Assembly (NCBI GenBank): GCA_965240325.2
Contig: OZ251224.1
Coordinates: 682,001 to 746,000 of the forward strand
DNA: 64,000 bases
Reading direction: 5' to 3'
Source: Rebecca billardiae RCC1528
Lineage: Eukaryota; Protista; Haptophyta
Under the pieces are notes generated by a model. The model was not told the origin of the DNA. It searched no databases and saw only the letters and a program-made list of their open reading frames with translations. Every line of letters starts with the position of its first letter. Position 1 is the stretch's first letter. This document shows, piece by piece, positions 20,701 through 33,002 of the stretch. A program made the position numbers and the translations under genes.

Positions 20701-23339
20701 CGGCGCCGGCGGTGGCGGCGCGCGCGCCGAGTCCCCACTCGGCGCCGGGCTCGGGCTCGGGATGGCGACGGCGGAGCAGGAGGAGGTGATGGCGCAGGCG
20801 GTGGCGCAGGCGACGGCGCAGGCGGACGCGCGGCACGAGGCGCGCACGGTGGTGCTGCGCGAGGAGATCACGCGGCTGCGCGCCGAGCTCACCGCCGCCA
20901 AGACCTCGTTCAAGGGCGTGAAGGAGGCGATGGAGGCGGAGGTGACGCGGCGCAAGCAAAAGGAGTCGCGCGCCATCATGCTGCAGAAGCAGCTCGACTC
21001 GGCGATCGCCGCGCGCAGCGGCGCGGTGCGCGAGATGGACGCGGCGCGGCTGCACATGGCGACGCTCGCGGAGAGCAACGAGTCCCTCCAGACCGAGCTC
21101 AAGCTGCGCGAGGCCGCCGCCGCGCAGGTCGACTTGGCGCAGCGCGTCAAGGAGCTCGAGCGAGAGCTGGGGCGGCGCGTGCCGCTGGCCGAGCACGAGG
21201 ACGCGATGGCGGCGGCCAACGCGCGGCTCGAGGCGGCGGAGGCGCGCGGGGCGGAGCGGGAGGACGAGCTGCGCGAGAAGCTCGAGGCGGCGGAGGACGA
21301 GGCGCACCGCCGCGTCCTCGCCGCGCTCGACGAGGCCGAGCTCCGCTTCCGCTCGCAGCTGCAGCGCACCAACGCGCGCGCGGACATCGCCGAGCAGGAG
21401 GTGCGGCTCAAGGACCGCCGCTTCGACCGGCTGGACGAGCAGCTGGCGGAAGCGCTCAAGTCGCGCGACTTCTTGCGGAAGCGGCTGCACGAGGCGAAGG
21501 CGCAGGCGCGCGAGCGCAACGCCGAGCTCACCGAGACCATCCGCAAGCGCGAGGAGGCGCTGCGCGCGCTCGCGGGCGCGCACGCGCTCGGCTCGGTGCA
21601 CGGCCTGCTCGAGCAGAGCGGCGTGTACGCTGCCAAGGCGGTGCCCGCGACGGCGCAGCTGGCGGAGAAGACGATCCAGCTGGCGGTCGCGCTGGACGAG
21701 GCGCACGAGCACAACGAGAGGCTCACCGCGATGCTCCTCGGCCTCAAGGACGAGGGCGGGCAGCTCCACTCGCAGACCAACAGCATGGTCGCCCTGCAGC
21801 TCGACTCGATCGAGAGCGGAGGGATGGGAGGAGGGCTGGCGGCACCGGCGGCCGCTGGGCAGGGCGCGGCGGCGGCGGGGGAGGCGGGCGGCGCGGCGCC
21901 GACGGCGCCCGCGCTCAGCGTGCAGCAGCCCGCGGAGGAGGACCCCGACGGCGAGGTGGGCGCCGCGCTCGGCGCCGCCTTCGCCTCGGTCGCCGCGGGC
22001 GCGGCGCGGCGCAGGCGGCTGCTCGGCCGGCCGGAGAGCGTAACGACGGCCGTGCCTGGCGCGCCCGCGGCGGAGTCGGAGGCGGGGGCGAGCTCGGCGG
22101 GCAGCGAGGTGGAGGGCGAGGCGGAGAGCGCGGTCGAGGACGCGGACGGCGCCGACTCCTTCGACCACGGCAGCTTCCGCAGCGGGCGCGGCGTGCGCAG
22201 GCTCGTCGCCGCCGCGCGCCGCGTGATGTCTGACGAGGTGGCGACAGAGGTTGCAGCCATCCACAAGGGACACCAGAAGGTGTCCAGCATGCTGCGGCAG
22301 ATGATCAAGGAGCTGCAGGCGAAGAAGCCCGCGACGCCCGCGGAGATCCTCGCGCTCGACGCGGGGCACACGGCGGCCAGGGCGCGCGAGGAGGTGCGCC
22401 CGCCGCGCCCGGCCGCGCGCGCGCCCGCCTCGGCGCCCGCTGCGCGTTCGCGCTCCGCTCGGCGCCTGACCGCGGCCGCGCGCGCCGCGCGATGGCTCGC
22501 GCGCGCAGGCGGCCGAGGCCATCATGCGCGCAAAGACGGACGCCGAGGCGATCGCCGCGCTGCACAAGCAGCTGCGCGAGCTGCAGGTGCGCGCCGGCCC
22601 GCACGCGCCCCGCGCATGCGCCCCCCCCGCGCGCGCTCACGTGCGCTCACGCGGCCCGCGCCCGCGCGCGCGCGACACACACGCGACGCGCGCGCGTGCG
22701 ACGCAGGCGCGCACGGCGGTGGAGCAGCTCGAGCTCGGCACGCGCGTGCGCGAGGCGATGGCGGACATCAAGCGCAGCGCCCTGCAGCGCGTCGCCGACG
22801 AGGGCGAGTGGCTCAAGATGTGGGCCACCCGCCGCGTGCACGTCGAGCAGAGCGTGCAGCGCGCGCTGCCCCTCGTCCTCGACGACATCGACCGCGCGAC
22901 CGAGCGTCTCTCCAGGCTGGTCACCGAGCTGGCGGTGCCCGAGGGGGCGCTGTCGATGCCGGAGAGCGTCGCGCGGCAGCCCGTGCCGCCGCCGCCGGAC
23001 GTGCTCGAGGGCGGCGACTTCTCGCTCATCCTCTGCTACCGCTCCGCCTTCGCCGTCGACCGCCACCGGCAGCACGTGTTCAACTACTCGGCGCGCGACG
23101 GCGACGGCTACGACGACTCGACGCGCGCCATCCTGCGGCACATGTTCTCGCTGCTGCAGCTCAACCCGGCGAGGGACGCGCAGGAGCGCGAGTGGATGCT
23201 CCGCGCGGGCGGGACGGCGCGGCCGACCAAGCCCGCGCTCCGATGGCGCCCCCCGTCCGAGAGCGCGCGCGCCGATGCCTCGCCCACGGCACCGCGGCCG
23301 CGCACCTCGGCGGCGCCCCCAGGCCGCCGACGGCGCTGA
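17723..23339 (+). CDS. Large coiled-coil protein with an axonemal dynein light chain (p28/AXDND1-like) segment; exons 17723-22393, 22509-22586, 22707-23339
   Basis: EQPVYVTVRRALREQVALKCREHGEVLETIFRRY resembles the ELIRQV..C.ERG.LL motif and is followed by long heptad regions. Two GT-AG introns (22394-22508, 22587-22706) join in frame. Confidence 0.7.
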
Positions 23340-23647
23340 CGGCGACGATGCCCGCGGGGCCGCCGCCGACTAGGCTCTGACACTGACGGTGGTCGTGACA
23401 CCTGAGGCGGATGAGCGGTCGTAGACTGTGCGTCCGCGTACTGTCAGTTCTGGATGCCAAGGTTTGCCCGGTCCGCGGCTCCGGCTTGGCTCCGGGCCAC
23501 CGAGTGGTTCACTGCACTGCCGGCCTGGGCAAGTGGGCAGGGAGCGCTGCCTGCTGCTCACCAGCTGCCGCTGGCTGCCTGGCTGCCAAGCGGTCCGGTA
23601 GCAAATGACCCGGACAGGGGAGTTGGCGGCTGGGCGTGCCGGTGAAC

Positions 23648-24889
23648 ATGGCGGCGGAGGATGCGTGCGCGCCCTTCACGTGTGCGCAGCACGTCGCGCT
23701 GCAGGCGACGGCCTCGACGACCGCGAGCATCTCGGCGCTCGCCTCTGGCACGATCGTCACCCTGTACGCCTACGAGCGCTTCGTAGGCCCCATCCGCTGG
23801 GTCGGTGCGCGCTGGAGCTCGGACGGGCTCGCGCACCGGCTGGTCGCGTTCCTCGCCTTCTCCGACTTCTTCGCGTCGATCTTCTTCGCGATCGGGCGCG
23901 CGGGCGCGCGGGACCCTGGGCTGTGCGGCGTGCAGGGCTTCGGCATCCAGTTCTTCGCGCTCGCGACGGTGCTGTGGACGTGCATGATCGCGGTGAACCT
24001 GTTCGCCACCGTGATGATGCGCTCGCCCATCGGCGGCTCAGCGCGCAAGTGGGACGGGCTGCAGCGGCACGAGTGGGGCTACCACGCCGTCGTGTGGGGC
24101 CTGGCGCTCTTCCTCGCGTGCCTCGTGTACGCAGTCGGCGGGTACGGCGACGCCGACATCTGGTGCTGGGTCGCCGACCCCGTCTCGCGCATCGGCGTCT
24201 TCTTTGTGATCGTGATCTGCGCGTGGCTCCTGTGCGCCACGCTGCACGCGCGCATCCTGTACGAGGTGGTGCAGCAGCTGCGCGCGACGCACGAGGCGCA
24301 GAGCCGGACGCAGCCCATCCTCACGCGCGTCTCCACGCGGCTGGCCATGTTCGTCATGGTCTTCATCGGCACGTGGCTTGTCGGGCTGATCAACAGGCTG
24401 ATCAATCTGACGGCAGGCGCGGCGTTTGCGCCCGCGCTGCTGCACGTCCTCGTCGTGCCGCTGCAGGGCTTCTTCAACGGCTGCGTGTACGGCGGCCTGC
24501 TCGACCGTGTCCCCGTGGCGATCTCGCAGTGCCTCACCGGCACCGACGAGCTCTTCGCTGCCGGGGAGCCCACCGAGCCGCCGCCGCAAGCGTCAGCGAC
24601 GAGCGCGCCGCGCGGCGGCGCAGACGGGCGCGACCCGGCTCCGGAGCATGGGCCTGCCGGCGCCAGCGCAGGAGGCCGCGCTCGAGCCGTGGGCAGTGCT
24701 GGGGACCCAGCGGGGGGCGCTCCAGCCGGCCACGAGACCATCGAGCTGGAGGTGGCCGACGACCACGCTGCGGGTGGGCGGGCGGCCGCTGGCGCCGAGG
24801 CGGTGGCCGACCGCCCTTCTCGTCAGCATCCAGCCTCATCTTCAGCAAACAATGCTGCTTACACAGGAGCAAAGCCACTGAGCCCGTGA
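23648..24889 (+). CDS. cAMP-receptor-like (CAR/GCR1-type) 7TM GPCR
   Basis: Seven hydrophobic segments; RLVAFLAFSDF, LCGVQGFGIQFF..ATVLWTCMIAVNLF, YHAVVWG, YGDADIWCWV and PLQGFFNGCVYG. Confidence 0.85.
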   Translation: MAAEDACAPFTCAQHVALQATASTTASISALASGTIVTLYAYERFVGPIRWVGARWSSDGLAHRLVAFLAFSDFFASIFFAIGRAGARDPGLCGVQGFGIQFFALATVLWTCMIAVNLFATVMMRSPIGGSARKWDGLQRHEWGYHAVVWGLALFLACLVYAVGGYGDADIWCWVADPVSRIGVFFVIVICAWLLCATLHARILYEVVQQLRATHEAQSRTQPILTRVSTRLAMFVMVFIGTWLVGLINRLINLTAGAAFAPALLHVLVVPLQGFFNGCVYGGLLDRVPVAISQCLTGTDELFAAGEPTEPPPQASATSAPRGGADGRDPAPEHGPAGASAGGRARAVGSAGDPAGGAPAGHETIELEVADDHAAGGRAAAGAEAVADRPSRQHPASSSANNAAYTGAKPLSP

Positions 24890-25222
24890 TGATATGATGC
24901 GACGACGCGCGCATTATTTTCGTGATGACATGCGCACGCAGTCTCGACGGTGCGCGCCATATATGATGCGCGGTGATGCGCATCATCCGTCCGAATCTTG
25001 CGCGCTAGCTACCTGTGGTCGTACGGACGTGAACTCTGTCGTAGTAGTTCCCGCGCGCCCGCGACGGGCACTATATACTACGCACGCGGCACTTCCGTCG
25101 ACGACGTGACGCTATTATACTCGGCTATGAGTAGTCGTACAGTATTGCTGATGCTACTACGGCTTGGCTGTTCATCAGCGGCGTTACGAAGTAGATATGT
25201 CGTCCTCGCGAGTTGCTCGTCG

Positions 25223-28200
25223 TCAGCGCTTCTGCCGCTTGGGCTTGGCGGCGTCAGACACACCCTGTCGCACGGGCGGGGCCAACGCGGTGCATACATC
25301 CGGGGATCAAGCGCGCATGCTCAGCCAAGCCACGCCCGCGCGGCGGCGCACACACGCGAGTCTCGCTCGGCGATGCGACGAGTCGGCGTGCTGGCCGCGC
25401 GCGCAACGCGCATCGTCGGCCGACGGAGCGCGCGTTGCGGGGCGCGAGCGCGGGCGCGGCGAGCGCGCACGTTTGACGCCGCGGGCCACTTGAAGCTGAG
25501 CACCTCGGGCATGTCATCGCCGTGCTCCCAGATGTACTCGGCGTGCTCCTTGAGCTTCGACTCGAGCTCGGCGATCAGCGGCGCGTCGTTGGTCGTGCGG
25601 CGCAGCACGTCGAGCGCGAGGTGCCAGCGCGACATCTCGTTGACGACCGTCATGTCGTACGGCGTGGTCGTCGAGCCCTCCTCGATGTACCCGTGCACGG
25701 AGAAGCGCGCCGAGTCCGGCCGCTCGTGCACGAGGCCGGGGACCAGCGTCGGGTAGCCGTGGAACGCCATCACCACCGGCACGCCCGCGCCGCCGAACAG
25801 CGCCTCGAACTGCTCGGCGGGCAGCCCGCGCGGGTGGAGGTGCGGCACGCGCAGCCGCAGCAGCTCGAGCACGTTCACGAAGCGCAGCCGCACGGCCGGC
25901 GCCTTCTCGCGGAGCCACGCCGCGGCGGCGAGCGCCTCGAGCGTGGGCACGTCGCCCGCGCTCGCGAGCACGACGTCCGGTCCGCGGCCAGCCCCGCCGC
26001 CGCCGAGCGAGGGCGAGGACGCCCACGCCCACTCGCTGATGCCGGCCGCGGCGTGCGCCTCTGCGGCGGCGGGCTCGAGCCACTGCGGCATCATGTGCTT
26101 GCCCGCGACGATCGCGTTGATCCGGTGCATCGAGCGCAGGCACGCGGCCGTGGTCGCCAGCAGCGTGTTCGCGTCCGCGGGCAGGAAGATGTTCGCGACC
26201 GAGCCCTTCTTGCTCGCCAGCTGGTCGAGGAAGCCGGGCGCCTGGTGCGTGTACCCGTTGTGGTCCTGCCGCCACGTGTGCGAGGTGAGGATGTAGTTGA
26301 GCGACGGGTACGGCCGGCGCCACTCGAGCTCGGCCGTCGCCTTGAGCCACTTGGCGTGCTGGTTCATCATCGAGTCCACCACCTGCGTGAACGCCTCGTA
26401 CGTGGGGAAGAGGCCGTGCCGGCCCGTGAGCGTGTACCCCTCGAGCCAGCCCTGGCAGCAGTGCTCGGACAAGATCTCCATCACGCGCCCGTCCGCGGAC
26501 ATGTTCGCGTCGCCCGGCGCGCCCTCCCACGTCGCGACGCGGCCCGTCGCCTCGAAGACGCTCGCCAGCCGGTTGGACGTGATCTCGTCCGGGCACATGA
26601 TCCGGAAGTTCTTCGCCGCCTCGTTGCGCCGGAACGTGTCGCGCAGCAGCGGGCCGAGCGCGCTCGTGCACTCGGCCTCGACCGCGCCGGGCGCGGGCAC
26701 GGGTAGCATGTACTCGCGCGGCGGCGGCACGTCGAGCGGGACGACGAGCTCGCCGCCGTTGGCGTGCGGCGTCGCGCTCATCCGGAGCGTGCCGCTGGGC
26801 GTGAGCGCGCGCAGCTCGGCGATCGGCGCGCCCGTGCGCGGCTCGAACAGCTCGGCGGGGCGGTAGCTCTGCAGCCAGCCCTCGAGGATCTGCAGGTGCG
26901 CGCCGCCCTGCTTGCACTTGGCGGCTGGCACCTGGTGCGCGCGGAAGGTGCCCTCGACGAGCACGCCGTCGATCTCGCGCGGGCCCGTCCAGCCCTTGGG
27001 CGTGCGCAGCACGATCATGGGCCAGCGCGGGCGCACGGCCTCCGCCGCCGGCCGCGCGCGCGCCGCGTGCCAGATGGCGTGCACGCGCGTCACGCAGTGG
27101 TCGAGCGCACTCGCCATCAGCTGGTGCATCGTCGCCGGGTCGTCGCCCTCGACGAAGACGGGCTCGTGGCCGTAGCCGATGAGCAGGCTCTCCAGCTCGG
27201 CGCGCGGCAGTCGCGAGAGCAGCGTCGCGCCGCCGATCTTCGCGCCGTTCAGGTGCAGCACCGGCAGCACCGCGCCGTCGCGCGCCGGGTTGACAAACTT
27301 GGTCGAGTGCCAAGACGCCGCGCACGGACCCGTCTGCGCGCGCGCGGAGGGAGCGGGCGGCGGCGAGCGGGGGCACGCGCGCGCGGGCCGCGCATGAGCG
27401 TCCGCTTGGGCGGCTGGGGCGTGGCAGGGGCGAGCGGGCGGCCGGCAAGGGCGCGCGCGTGGCCGTCGTCGGTGCCGCGCGGTGGGCGCGCGGCTGGCTG
27501 CCCAAACCAGCGGCGGCGCGCGACAATGTGCGCACACCTCAGCCTCGCCATCGCCCACGACGCAGCAGACGATGAGCTCGGGGTTATCCAGCGCAGCTCC
27601 GTACGCGTGGAGCAGGCAGTAGCCCAGCTCGCCGCCCTCGTGCAGCGAGCCCGGACAGTCCGGAGAGACGTGCGAGGGGATGCCGCGCGGCCATGAGAAC
27701 TGCTTGAAGAGGTGGCAGAGCCCATCGTAGTCCTGGGTGATCTTGGGGTAGCGCTCGGTGTACGAGCCTTCCAAGTAGGCGTTCGCCACGATGCCTGGCC
27801 CGCCGTGCCCCGGACCGCACACCAGCAGCATCTGCGCCGAGCGCGCCGTGATGATGCTGCGCGCCAAGCGGGGCGCGCGACATGCGCGCGGGCCGCTGGC
27901 CGTGAGCGGCGCGGTGGAGGCTTGCCAACGCGTGCGCACGGGGGCTGGGGGGGAGGGGCACGAATCGCCACCAACGCGCGCGCAATTTTGCAGCCGCTCA
28001 TGTCGCGCTCTTCCCCCCGCCGTGAGCTGCACGCACCGATTCACGTGCGCATAAACGAGGTTCAAGCCCGGGCACGTGCCCCAGTGACCGAGCAGGCGCG
28101 TCTTGATGTGCTCGGGCTTGAGCGGCTCGCGGAGCAGCGGGTTTGCACGGAGGTAGATCTGCCCAACCGTGAGGTAGTTCGCCGCGCGCCAGAACGCGTC

Positions 28201-28245
28201 GATCAGGCGCAGCTGCTCGGCGGAGAGCGGGCCCACTGTCGTCAT
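25223..28245 (-). CDS. xfp: Xylulose-5-P/fructose-6-P phosphoketolase; exons 28245-28037, 27856-27538, 27333-25471, and predicted 25264-25223
   Basis: WRAANYLTVGQIYL, GHWGT, GPGHG, HEGGELGY, GDGEAE|TGP, LHLNGAKI, LSEHCCQGWLEGY and WRQDHNGYTHQ. Two in-frame stop-free introns. The last exon is inferred. Confidence 0.92.
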
Positions 28246-28599
28246 CGCGTCGTCGTTGGGGAAGTCAGGGCGGCCGGCGGCGGTGCTGCATCCACGGCGG
28301 CTGATTATCAAGCCCGGCCGGTGGTAATTCGGCCCACAACAAAGGCCGAAAAAGGCGCCCGCCGTTTTTTACTTTGTTATGGCCCATCTTTTTCCTAAAC
28401 GAACTCGATATCAATTACTGACGACGTCTTATAGGCGCGGGCAAGCTGTCTGCAAAACGTCATATGACTACATGGGTAAGTGGTTCGTCTGCCACGAAAC
28501 AGCTTGGAAGCAGCGGCAGCTGCCGCCGGAGCGGCAGCGCGCGTGCCTGCCCATCGTGAGCTCGGCCAGCGGGCGAGCACGCCTGGCCGGCAGGCAAAC

Positions 28600-30345
28600 A
28601 TGTCGAGCGAAGTTCTCCTTGCCGAGGAGAAGCGCACGGACTCGCCGGCCAGCGGGCGGGGGCGGCCAAAGCTGCGCACGGCGCTACGAACCGCGGCGAT
28701 GCTGGAGTCGGGTCGCACCACCGGCGCATCGGCCATCCAGGCGGTCGGCATGTACCACATCGAGCGCACGGAATCGGAGCGCTCGATCAGCACGACGCTG
28801 AACGTAGTCAAGTTCATGTCGGTCCTTCGGCTGCGTCGCGCCGCGCGCATGGCCATCACGCGCGATGCGGCCAGCACCGATCACATGAGCTCGATCCACG
28901 AGGCTCCGGGCACCGAGCCCGGCGCCACCGAGCTCACGCTGATGAGCTCGCTCAAGCACGCGGTGTTTGGCTCGACCCTCAACGTGCTGCTGCCGGCCAT
29001 CGTGCTCGGGCTCGCCGCGCCGGCGCTCGGGCTGCCGCCGGCGGTGACCTTCATTGCCAACTTCGTCGCGATCGTGCCGCTCGCGCAGCTCCTGGGCCTC
29101 GCCACCGAGGAGGTTGCCATCTACTCGAACGATATCATTGGCGGGCTGCTGAACGCAACCCTCGGCAACGCGACCGAGCTGATCATCTCGATCTTCGCGA
29201 TCAAGGCGGGGCTGCTGCGCGTGGTGCAGCTCTCGCTGCTCGGCTCGATCCTCTCCAACCTGCTCCTCGTGCTCGGCTGCAGCTTCATCGCCGGCGGCGT
29301 GAAGTACCGCACGCAGACGTACACGCAGAAGATGGCGTCCATCAACGCGTCGCTGCTCAAGATGGCGGTCCTCGGCCTCTCCGTGCCCACGGCGTACGTG
29401 ACGACGATGCGCTCGCTCTGCGCCGTGCCGTGCCACGTCGCCGAGGTCAAGCAGATCTCGCACGGCACCGCCATCGTCCTCTTCCTCACGTACGGCGGGC
29501 TGCTCATCTTCTCGCTCAAGACGCACTCGTACCTGAGCAACGAGGGGCCGGCCGAGAAGAACGAGAGCTACCACCACCACTCGTCCGCGTCCGCCGCGCC
29601 CAAGCCGGCGTCCCGCACGGTGTCGCAGGGCTCTGCGTCGGCGGGCGGCACGTCGGCGGCCGCCACGCCGACCGGCACGGCACCCAGGCCACACGCGCTC
29701 TCTGTGCCCACCGCCGAGGAGGAGGCGCAGGCGAGGTCGCAGGCGGATGCGATCGCCGCTGCGCAGAGCAGCGAGTACGAGTACAACGGCCCGGAGGGCG
29801 TGGATGAGGAGGAGGAGGAGCCGAGCATGACGTTCTGGTCGGCGATCCTGCTGCTCACGATCGCGACGGGGTTCATCGCGGTGTGCTCCGAGTTCCTCGT
29901 CGACACCCTCGAGGTCGCCGCCGAGTCGCTGCACCTCACCGAGCTCTTCATCGGCCTCATCCTGCTGCCCATTATTGGCAATGCGGCCGAGCACGCGACG
30001 GCCGTCGTGATGGCGTACAAGGGCAAGACTGACCTCGCGCTCGGCGTGGCGCTCGGCAGCTCGATCCAGATCGCGCTCGGGGCGATCCCTGCACTGATCC
30101 TGGTCGCGTGGGCAATGGATGTGCCGCTCACGCTCGACCTCGGCGCGTTCGAGGTGATCATCCTGCTGATGAGCACGCTGGTTGCGGCGTCCACGCTCGA
30201 CTACCACGCCACGTATCTCGACGGCCTGATGCTCGTCGGCGCGTACATTATCATCGCCATTGCGTACTTCTACAAGAAGGAGGTGCTCCCGACGTCGAGG
30301 GCGGCGTGCATGTGCGGCACCGACTGCTGCAACTTTGCGGGCTGA
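28600..30345 (+). CDS. CAX: Ca2+/H+ antiporter (CAX family)
   Basis: Alpha-repeats GGLLNATLGNATE and IIGNAAEH; LLGSILSNLLLVLG; acidic loop EEEEE; GSSIQIAL. Confidence 0.92.
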   Translation: MSSEVLLAEEKRTDSPASGRGRPKLRTALRTAAMLESGRTTGASAIQAVGMYHIERTESERSISTTLNVVKFMSVLRLRRAARMAITRDAASTDHMSSIHEAPGTEPGATELTLMSSLKHAVFGSTLNVLLPAIVLGLAAPALGLPPAVTFIANFVAIVPLAQLLGLATEEVAIYSNDIIGGLLNATLGNATELIISIFAIKAGLLRVVQLSLLGSILSNLLLVLGCSFIAGGVKYRTQTYTQKMASINASLLKMAVLGLSVPTAYVTTMRSLCAVPCHVAEVKQISHGTAIVLFLTYGGLLIFSLKTHSYLSNEGPAEKNESYHHHSSASAAPKPASRTVSQGSASAGGTSAAATPTGTAPRPHALSVPTAEEEAQARSQADAIAAAQSSEYEYNGPEGVDEEEEEPSMTFWSAILLLTIATGFIAVCSEFLVDTLEVAAESLHLTELFIGLILLPIIGNAAEHATAVVMAYKGKTDLALGVALGSSIQIALGAIPALILVAWAMDVPLTLDLGAFEVIILLMSTLVAASTLDYHATYLDGLMLVGAYIIIAIAYFYKKEVLPTSRAACMCGTDCCNFAG

Positions 30346-31076
30346 GTGACTGACCGAGTCGGATTATGATTGTGACAGATTGATTCGCGGCGCGGCGGCG
30401 GACTGCCGGTGTGACGCCGCGGCGCGCGACGCGCTTTGATTATTCATTCATCAATAAAGCGTAGTTATAATATATACTTTCGGCGGCCAAGATGATATAG
30501 CAGTCACTGGTCGAGTAGTGCCCGGGCCACTTTAGGCATTACGTGATTTATGAGCTAGTATACCTACGGCCGATCGCTGTAACTCCACGGACGTCGGAAT
30601 TGACGACGCATGACTGAGTAGACTGTAGTCTGAGTTAATTAGTACGACGACTAACTTCGCAGCAGCCTGCAGCAGTAAGTTATTTTATACTGTCAGATAT
30701 ACTATATATATATACGTCAAATTACTACTACGTAGTAAATATTCTGACGAGTAGCTATACCGGTCACTCGGACTGGCGGCGGAGTCCGCGGCTAACCGCT
30801 TAGTAACTAACAATATACCGCCGATTGAACGTACGACGCCTGAGTGGCACCCTGACGGCATTCAGACCGCGATTCGCAGTTGCCTACTACGCGCTCGATC
30901 TCTTTGAACTTACGCCGCGCTTGCCATGCTGTGGAATTATTGTACGGAGGCAGCCTAACTAACCGAGCAGGACGCCAGGACTGCAGGAGTCGCCGAGTCG
31001 GGCTTTATTTTTCTGTTTTCATATATATATACATCACTGATGATGCAGTAGTCGGCGCGGTTTAATTTACAGCGCG

Positions 31077-31192
31077 CAGTTTACTAATACTCATAGCAGT
31101 AGTATAACTAGTAGTATATAAGAACAAGAGACGCGCACAGCTCAGGCAGGCGAGATAATGACGCCCGCCAAGTGTCACCGCCCATGAAGCCG
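31077..31192 (-). repeat. Repeat family C copy (inverted relative to 37200-37279) with a 31-bp AT-rich insert
   Basis: 31120-31192 is the reverse complement of 37200-37270. The TTAGTAAACTG continuation resumes at 31087-31077. Confidence 0.8.
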
Positions 31193-31853
31193 CCCGGCTG
31201 CGATGGTACAGTACGCTATAGCTTAAAGTCACGGAGTCGGAGAGTCTTGAAGTCTAACTCGCGCGGAGCAGCCCGCCCGGAAACTCGATCCCGGAGGGCG
31301 GCCGGTCACGCGCGGACGCGAGAGTAACGAGACGGTCGGCGGCGGCGCGCCGGTGGCGCCCTCACTCACGGCTCACTCCTGACGACCTCAGAGTCAGACG
31401 TTACGAGTGACGCGGCGCGGTCGCGGCGCAGCCGCCTGTCCGCCGAGACTCGGTCACTAGCTCTACCGGACTGGCAACGGCTGCGCCGGATCGCCCCCGC
31501 GCGGCCCCAGGACTCGGCAGTCGACGGCCGCGGGCCGCGGGCCCGTGACGCGGAGACGGTGGGCACCGCATCATGCCGCTGCCAGCGGTCCGACGACCGG
31601 CCGCCGCGGGCGGACCGGGTACTGCGGGCCCGACTGGAGTCAGGACCGCAGGTTCAGCCTTCAGGTACTACTTAGGTATACCTACGGTACGGTCGTAGTA
31701 GTAACTACTAACCGCCAGTAGCCCGGTCTCATCAGTGATGATGTCAGACTGCGCCGCGACAGCGCGGCCGCGGTCTCGCCGAGCCAGTGACGGTTACAGC
31801 GCGTGGAGTTACACCTTCTTTCTTAGCCGCCGTGCCGGGCAGTGCCAGTGAGC

Positions 31854-33002
31854 TTACTGAGCAGCGCATACAGGTGCCGGTTGCCAGGCGGCCTCACGCG
31901 GCTCGCACGTACGAAGCGCAGGTAGGCTTTGGGTCGAATCTGCAGCGCCTTGCGGGCCCGAGTGCATGCGAGGAGCCTTGCTGCTCAGCCTGGCAGAGGC
32001 GGGGGTGCTTGACGGCGGCTCCCGCCATGCGCTCGACGTCGACTCGGGCTGGACCCGAGGACAGCTTGCCATCAAGGATGGCACGCAGAAGGTAGGCCTT
32101 CTGCGTGTGGCGGCCTTGATTGCGTATAGCTGACGCTGCTCGTCGAGAAACGCCTTGCACGCCGGGTCCTTGAGCGCCTCGATGAGGTAGCCGTACTCCA
32201 CATCGTACCGCTCAAAGTCCCTGGCGTGGAACGTGCCAAACAGGAAGCCCGGCAGCCCGGTGAGCCGCTGGAAGATCTGCCGCTTCTTCTCGAGGTCGCA
32301 GCCAAACTGGCGGTGGAAATGCGGCGCGTCGATCCAGACGAATTGCCGCGCCATCTCACGCTCGATGTGCTGGTAGTCTGACGGCGTAAACTTCTTCATC
32401 AGCCCGGGCAGCAGCGCGACCTCCTCGTCATGCATGTGCGGCAGCATGATCTCCTGCACGTGCAGCACCTCGGCGAGGCAGTCGTCGACGGTCGTACTCA
32501 CGCCAAAGTACTCAAAGGTAGCGCTCGCAGACGCGATCGTGCGGCTGAGCCGCCGATGATCGCTCGAGATCTTGAGCGGGATGCGCATGCGGTGGCACAG
32601 AATCGGGAAGATGATCTCCTCCTCCTGATCCTGGTGAAGCGTGATGTTGCTGACGACGCGCCGCCACCACATCCGGATGCCTTCGACCTCCCACGGGTGC
32701 ACGGTACCCGCCGCACGCATGCGCTCAAGCGCTCGAACCGTGTCTTCCAGATCCAGCGCGATCGTCCGGTGCGCGAGCACCCACAGATGTTCACGGAGCT
32801 CGGGGCACTTCTCCGCGGACGCACTGCGCTCGCTCGGTGCGCAGTGGTTGCGTCGCTCAAACAGCGGGTGGCCGTCGACCACAGGCTCGAGAGCTGCTCG
32901 CGAGTGCTCTGACGACGGCTGCCGCAGTATCGCCCACATCCCCGTCGCCGAGGGAGGTGTGAGACATGTGTTCGTAGTGTCGTTGGTGGATGGCTTAGCC
33001 AT
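31854..33002 (-). CDS. Hemerythrin-like (HHE cation-binding) domain protein
   Basis: WVLAHRTI..DL, LHQDQEEEIIFP, SDHRRL and PHMHDEE..LLP give the H / HxxxE / H / HxxxE pattern. Intronless ORF of 382 aa. Confidence 0.75.
   Translation of the reverse strand: MAKPSTNDTTNTCLTPPSATGMWAILRQPSSEHSRAALEPVVDGHPLFERRNHCAPSERSASAEKCPELREHLWVLAHRTIALDLEDTVRALERMRAAGTVHPWEVEGIRMWWRRVVSNITLHQDQEEEIIFPILCHRMRIPLKISSDHRRLSRTIASASATFEYFGVSTTVDDCLAEVLHVQEIMLPHMHDEEVALLPGLMKKFTPSDYQHIEREMARQFVWIDAPHFHRQFGCDLEKKRQIFQRLTGLPGFLFGTFHARDFERYDVEYGYLIEALKDPACKAFLDEQRQLYAIKAATRRRPTFCVPSLMASCPRVQPESTSSAWREPPSSTPASARLSSKAPRMHSGPQGAADSTQSLPALRTCEPREAAWQPAPVCAAQ

Noticed and set aside
19286-22567. Long antisense and off-frame ORFs (also 56316-59321, 53454-55691, 39730-41601, 17527-20481)
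   Set aside because: Shadow ORFs of real genes caused by stop-codon scarcity at very high GC; R/A/G-rich with no domains.
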